Shown here piece by piece: positions 60,222 to 64,000 of a stretch of DNA of 64,000 nucleotides. The position numbers and the translations under genes were made by a program. The number at the start of each line of letters is the position of its first letter. Position 1 is the first letter of the stretch. This DNA comes from Tubulanus polymorphus (taxonomy: Eukaryota > Animalia > Nemertea). The notes under the pieces are model-generated. The model did not search any database. It was given only the letters and a program-made list of their open reading frames with translations, and had not been told where the DNA came from. The DNA is taken from contig NC_134035.1 in assembly GCF_964204645.1 (NCBI RefSeq), positions 11,378,451-11,442,450 of the forward strand, written 5' to 3'.

Positions 60222-63200
60222 TTAATATTCAGCAACCAGTCAAAACATAGGCGTCATGCAGCGTTTCAATCTTAATTATCGTAAAATTTGATTCCGCGCG
60301 AAAATATTTGCATCATCGCCGTTAAACACGACAAATTCTAAAGCATCAATTTACGTACTTATCTATTATTTACAGAAATATGGATGAATCAGTTGAATCT
60401 TTAAACTATATTTCTCTATTAACTACGTATATAGTGACAAATGCCCATTTCGACTTACAGTTTGAAGTCCTCCTTACAGTAGAGGAAAGTCAATACGAAG
60501 AGGACCGCGAGTATTCCCACCAGATGGCGCTCGTAACAATAGGACGACTCGTTCGAAGTTTAGTTCATTTTCAAATGATTTTCCAGAACACGGGTCGATT
60601 TCTAGGGTTCATAATGCGCAACTTTTATTCATCTTCCACTGAATTCGTGAAATTATGAATAGATTTATCTTAAAAATTTGCCATCGATGTCCTACTGCAC
60701 ACTGTTGCCACCTGGTGGATTGTCGGACTACAGCCGGAATCCTCGACTACTGAGTACTCCTTCCCCATTCGAAACCAATGCAAAAACACAAATCTACTCT
60801 TAACAATGCACTCTTCAAAACAGAAAATGAAATATCCTAAAATCATAGGAATCCGAATCGGAATTTTCAAAAATTTGTTACGCAAAATGGATTCCTCTGC
60901 AAATTACTTGTTAAAACATTCAGAAAAAAATGTATGATTCCAAAGTTTTCTGGGTTATATATCTAATAACATGTTGATCACAAAGCGAAGTAAAGTATGT
61001 TTATATACATATACACATGGGATCGGATTCATCTAAAAGTTAGAAAAACTAAAATCTATCATATTCCTTTCATTTCTCGTCGGTCATACCTTTACGTACT
61101 TACGATAATATTCAAATCTAAATCTAATAAATCTAATCTATGATTTAATCGGTTATTAAAAATCTTTTTTGTACATGATCGGAAAATTACTTACATTCTC
61201 GGCAAACATAACAAGATACCCTGCAAGGGGTTAGGTTAGATCAGTCGATCCATGCATTAATGTCCTGTATCATTTGGCCATACATGCATGTTTTTGAAAT
61301 TTACCGAGGCTGGGCGCCAGTTTTATAAAGCTATATGTGGCTGTATGACGACACCACATTGTCCTGAAACACTATAAGCCTTTTTTTCCAATTACTTGAA
61401 GTATGGATCTTTTCAAGAAAAACAGCAAAAAATTATACTGAAGTAATGTTTTCTATCACAGCGTTCTAAAGCGGGAGGGAATAAGGAAATGAATATGTTT
61501 TTAAATTCTTTTCAATGATTTGAGATTTTTTTTCAAATGAAATCCGGAAAGAATCACGGCAAACATGAAAAACGAGTGAAAATTGAGTCGAATTGAATTC
61601 AAACGATGGATGGAGAGACAAAAAAAAAACTATTTTTTTGCGAATCATGCGATTAAAAACCAAGTTGGAAATATCGAAGAAAAATTTTCCATGTTTGAAT
61701 TTTTTTTTTTTTTTCATATGATGCTTGTGGTGAAACTCCAGGCAGCGGAACCATACTCAAAGTAACCCAAAAAAGGCTTAAGAGTTCTATTTGAATATGA
61801 TATACTCCGCTAGTTTCTTAGACCTCATTATATCAATGTATAGTTATATCATGCGGTTCATTAGGTCAAAAGCTGTCATTCCATCTCTTATCATTAATAA
61901 CAAGTTTTGAAATTTGCCGTCCTGATTTTCATTCACTTTTTCACTTTTCATCGATACGGACTCGCGATGAATCGAGCTGTAAATTTGAGCGTGCGGCTTC
62001 TATTTTCTAGAAAACCTTATTACCAGTTATTAGGTCATTAGAGCGACCCCGAGAGACGTAAGCGTAAGCCATTACCGAATGGACATTTCATTACCTAGTT
62101 CCATAAACATACACAATTCAAATAATTGGCTTGTAATTGATAATGAACATCTCGTGCCATCATATATATATATACATGTACATGTACATATACACTGCGC
62201 TTTTTACATTGACCAGGAAACTGGCAATAGCGCGACAAAGAAGAGGTGATGGTAATATCTGTAAACTTCCGATAAATGTAGAAAATATTACATGGTCCCT
62301 ACGGATCAGTCATTTCTATTTCTGGATAAAAGAAGTTTTCAAGAAAATTTCGAGGAAGCATCTCCATCACTTTTATATCCCAATTACGATAGATTCTTCC
62401 TGAATCGGTACTGTTCATCTCAGAAAACCATTAATTCGGTGGTTTCGTAAGCAAATTTTTGTCCTATACACTACTTCAACCCGAGTTTCTAATCCGGAAA
62501 CCACCTAATTGGCTAAAAATAAATCCTGGTCTCAACTGTACCGATTAAGGTAACAGTTACCGCACAACTACAAACATTTCTAATCGCTGATTTCTCGAAA
62601 TTGAAAGAGTTTCATGCATTTTACTCAAATGAATCATCTTCTCTTTAAAAGGAGTTTCTAAAGAATCAAAAGTTGTAGGGACCGTGTATTACATAACCGA
62701 TGACAAATATAAACTGGGAGCATTATTTTGAATAGCGACAATAAGGCGGGTGATCCAGGCAAACAGGTATATAACAGTATATGCTGTACACTGAAGCGAA
62801 CCTGGTAGTACGACGTGTAGTAACGGGAAAATGCGATCGGCTAAAAATATCTTCGCTCATCGACGGCTATAGCTAAGTCAGGATATGTATTAAAGCACAT
62901 TTGAACGAACTTCCAATCTTTCTCGATCGATGTTGAAGGCCGAGTCGTTGATTAGGAAAATATAGTGCTGAACCTGTTTCCTTTTACAGCAGAACGCGCT
63001 CAATTCGGATCACGTTGGACCGATGGAATTAATCCGGTTTACGAGACGTCTCCGATTATACGCATAATTTTTTTCACATACACATTTAAGTATAGGTCGA
63101 CCATATATAATATCCCAATCGGATAAAAATCTGAATGAATCTTATCCGAATTAAGCGGGTTTAACTGTAGTGGCGTTCGTCGGTCTAGCATCCGATCGAA

Positions 63201-63405
63201 ATAGAAGAAATCAACGGTTTCCTAAGCTCGGTACCGACATATATACCATTCGATAGCATCTAAATTGCATGATGAGATGTGCCCTACGTCAATTCCGGTC
63301 CTAGATACGGCTTGTGAGTGCTTTTTAATAAATATCCCGACGCCATAAAACTCTATCCACACAGATTTTGATTGGTAATGTTTGTCTTTTTATCTCCGTT
63401 GTCGG

Positions 63406-63494
63406 TCATGGTTTTTTCTCTCTCAACTCTTCATCTAACCCTTCGTGTCGCGTATTGCACAGCACAACATCATCGAGAAGATCATTCCGAATAT
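63406..63494 (-). CDS. Candidate terminal coding exon of a gene lying to the right of the window
   Basis: Acceptor ctgattacag, then an open frame (x)IRNDLLDDVVLCNTRHEGLDEELREKKP*. No homology recognised. Confidence 0.35.
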
Positions 63495-64000
63495 CTGTAA
63501 TCAGATCAACACATGCAAGTATATCAAATGTTCTTTCAACAAAAAAAAAATATAATTAATTTTTCACTCAAAGATAACAATGAAATGAAAATTATAAATG
63601 CCGCATTTACATTGATAAGTGAGGGAGCAGTCACAGAGCCCACAGGCCACTTTTGGACCAAGCCAAGTGGTGACTGTACCCAAATACTACAGGGGAGTCA
63701 CTTTTATTTGAATTGCTTTCCCCCCCGACTCTTCCCTAAGAATTCAACCAATTAACACAGTCAAATACCCAAAACAAAGTCGGAAACTGTTTGATTTTTC
63801 GTGCGATCTAGCATTCTCAACAAGTGTCCCTGACTTTTTACGGTAGCTTTTTTACATGATTACCGGACTTTTTTTGTTAAAAAATGGAAATTGGCTCTGA
63901 TAACCAGGTAAATGGCTTAAATGCTCCATCCATTCTTAACTCAAATACCAAGTTAGAAGAAGATCAATCAAAAGTTATCGCACACAAAGCTATAATCCTC

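Noticed and set aside
61193-61218. Micro-exon reading VSCYVCRE (Ly6/three-finger-like start)
   Set aside because: The splice sites are good, but I found no signal-peptide exon or downstream Cys-pattern exons. It could be a UTR exon.

Overview
AT-rich, intron-rich eukaryotic genomic DNA, most likely from a marine invertebrate (lophotrochozoan-type gene families; this is an inference). Most ORFs in the track are exon fragments or noise, so I rebuilt the genes by hand from GT-AG splice sites. Left to right: the 5' half of XRCC6/Ku70 (-); a 7-exon alpha/beta-hydrolase ending in -AKL (-); a Methuselah/secretin-type GPCR with a large Cys-rich ectodomain (-); a small secreted protein with a PCSK9-C/resistin-like module and a PAN/apple domain (-); an intronless class A peptide-type GPCR (+); and nurim (NRM, +). 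The most notable feature is a ~27 kb tandem array of four intact 10-coding-exon paralogues (-) of an uncharacterised ~570-aa protein. Each copy has an N-terminal signal peptide and a 30-nt terminal coding segment encoding DSLRAKEEL*, a KDEL-type ER-retention signal, which the ORF track misses. The copies are mosaic, carry hypervariable patches and appear to use two different first exons/promoters. Introns and intergenic DNA contain many MITEs (including two different 9-bp-TSD elements at exactly the same target site), a 1.74-kb foldback element, a CR1/L2-type LINE remnant and several tandem repeats. I found no rRNA, CRISPR array or intact tRNA gene.
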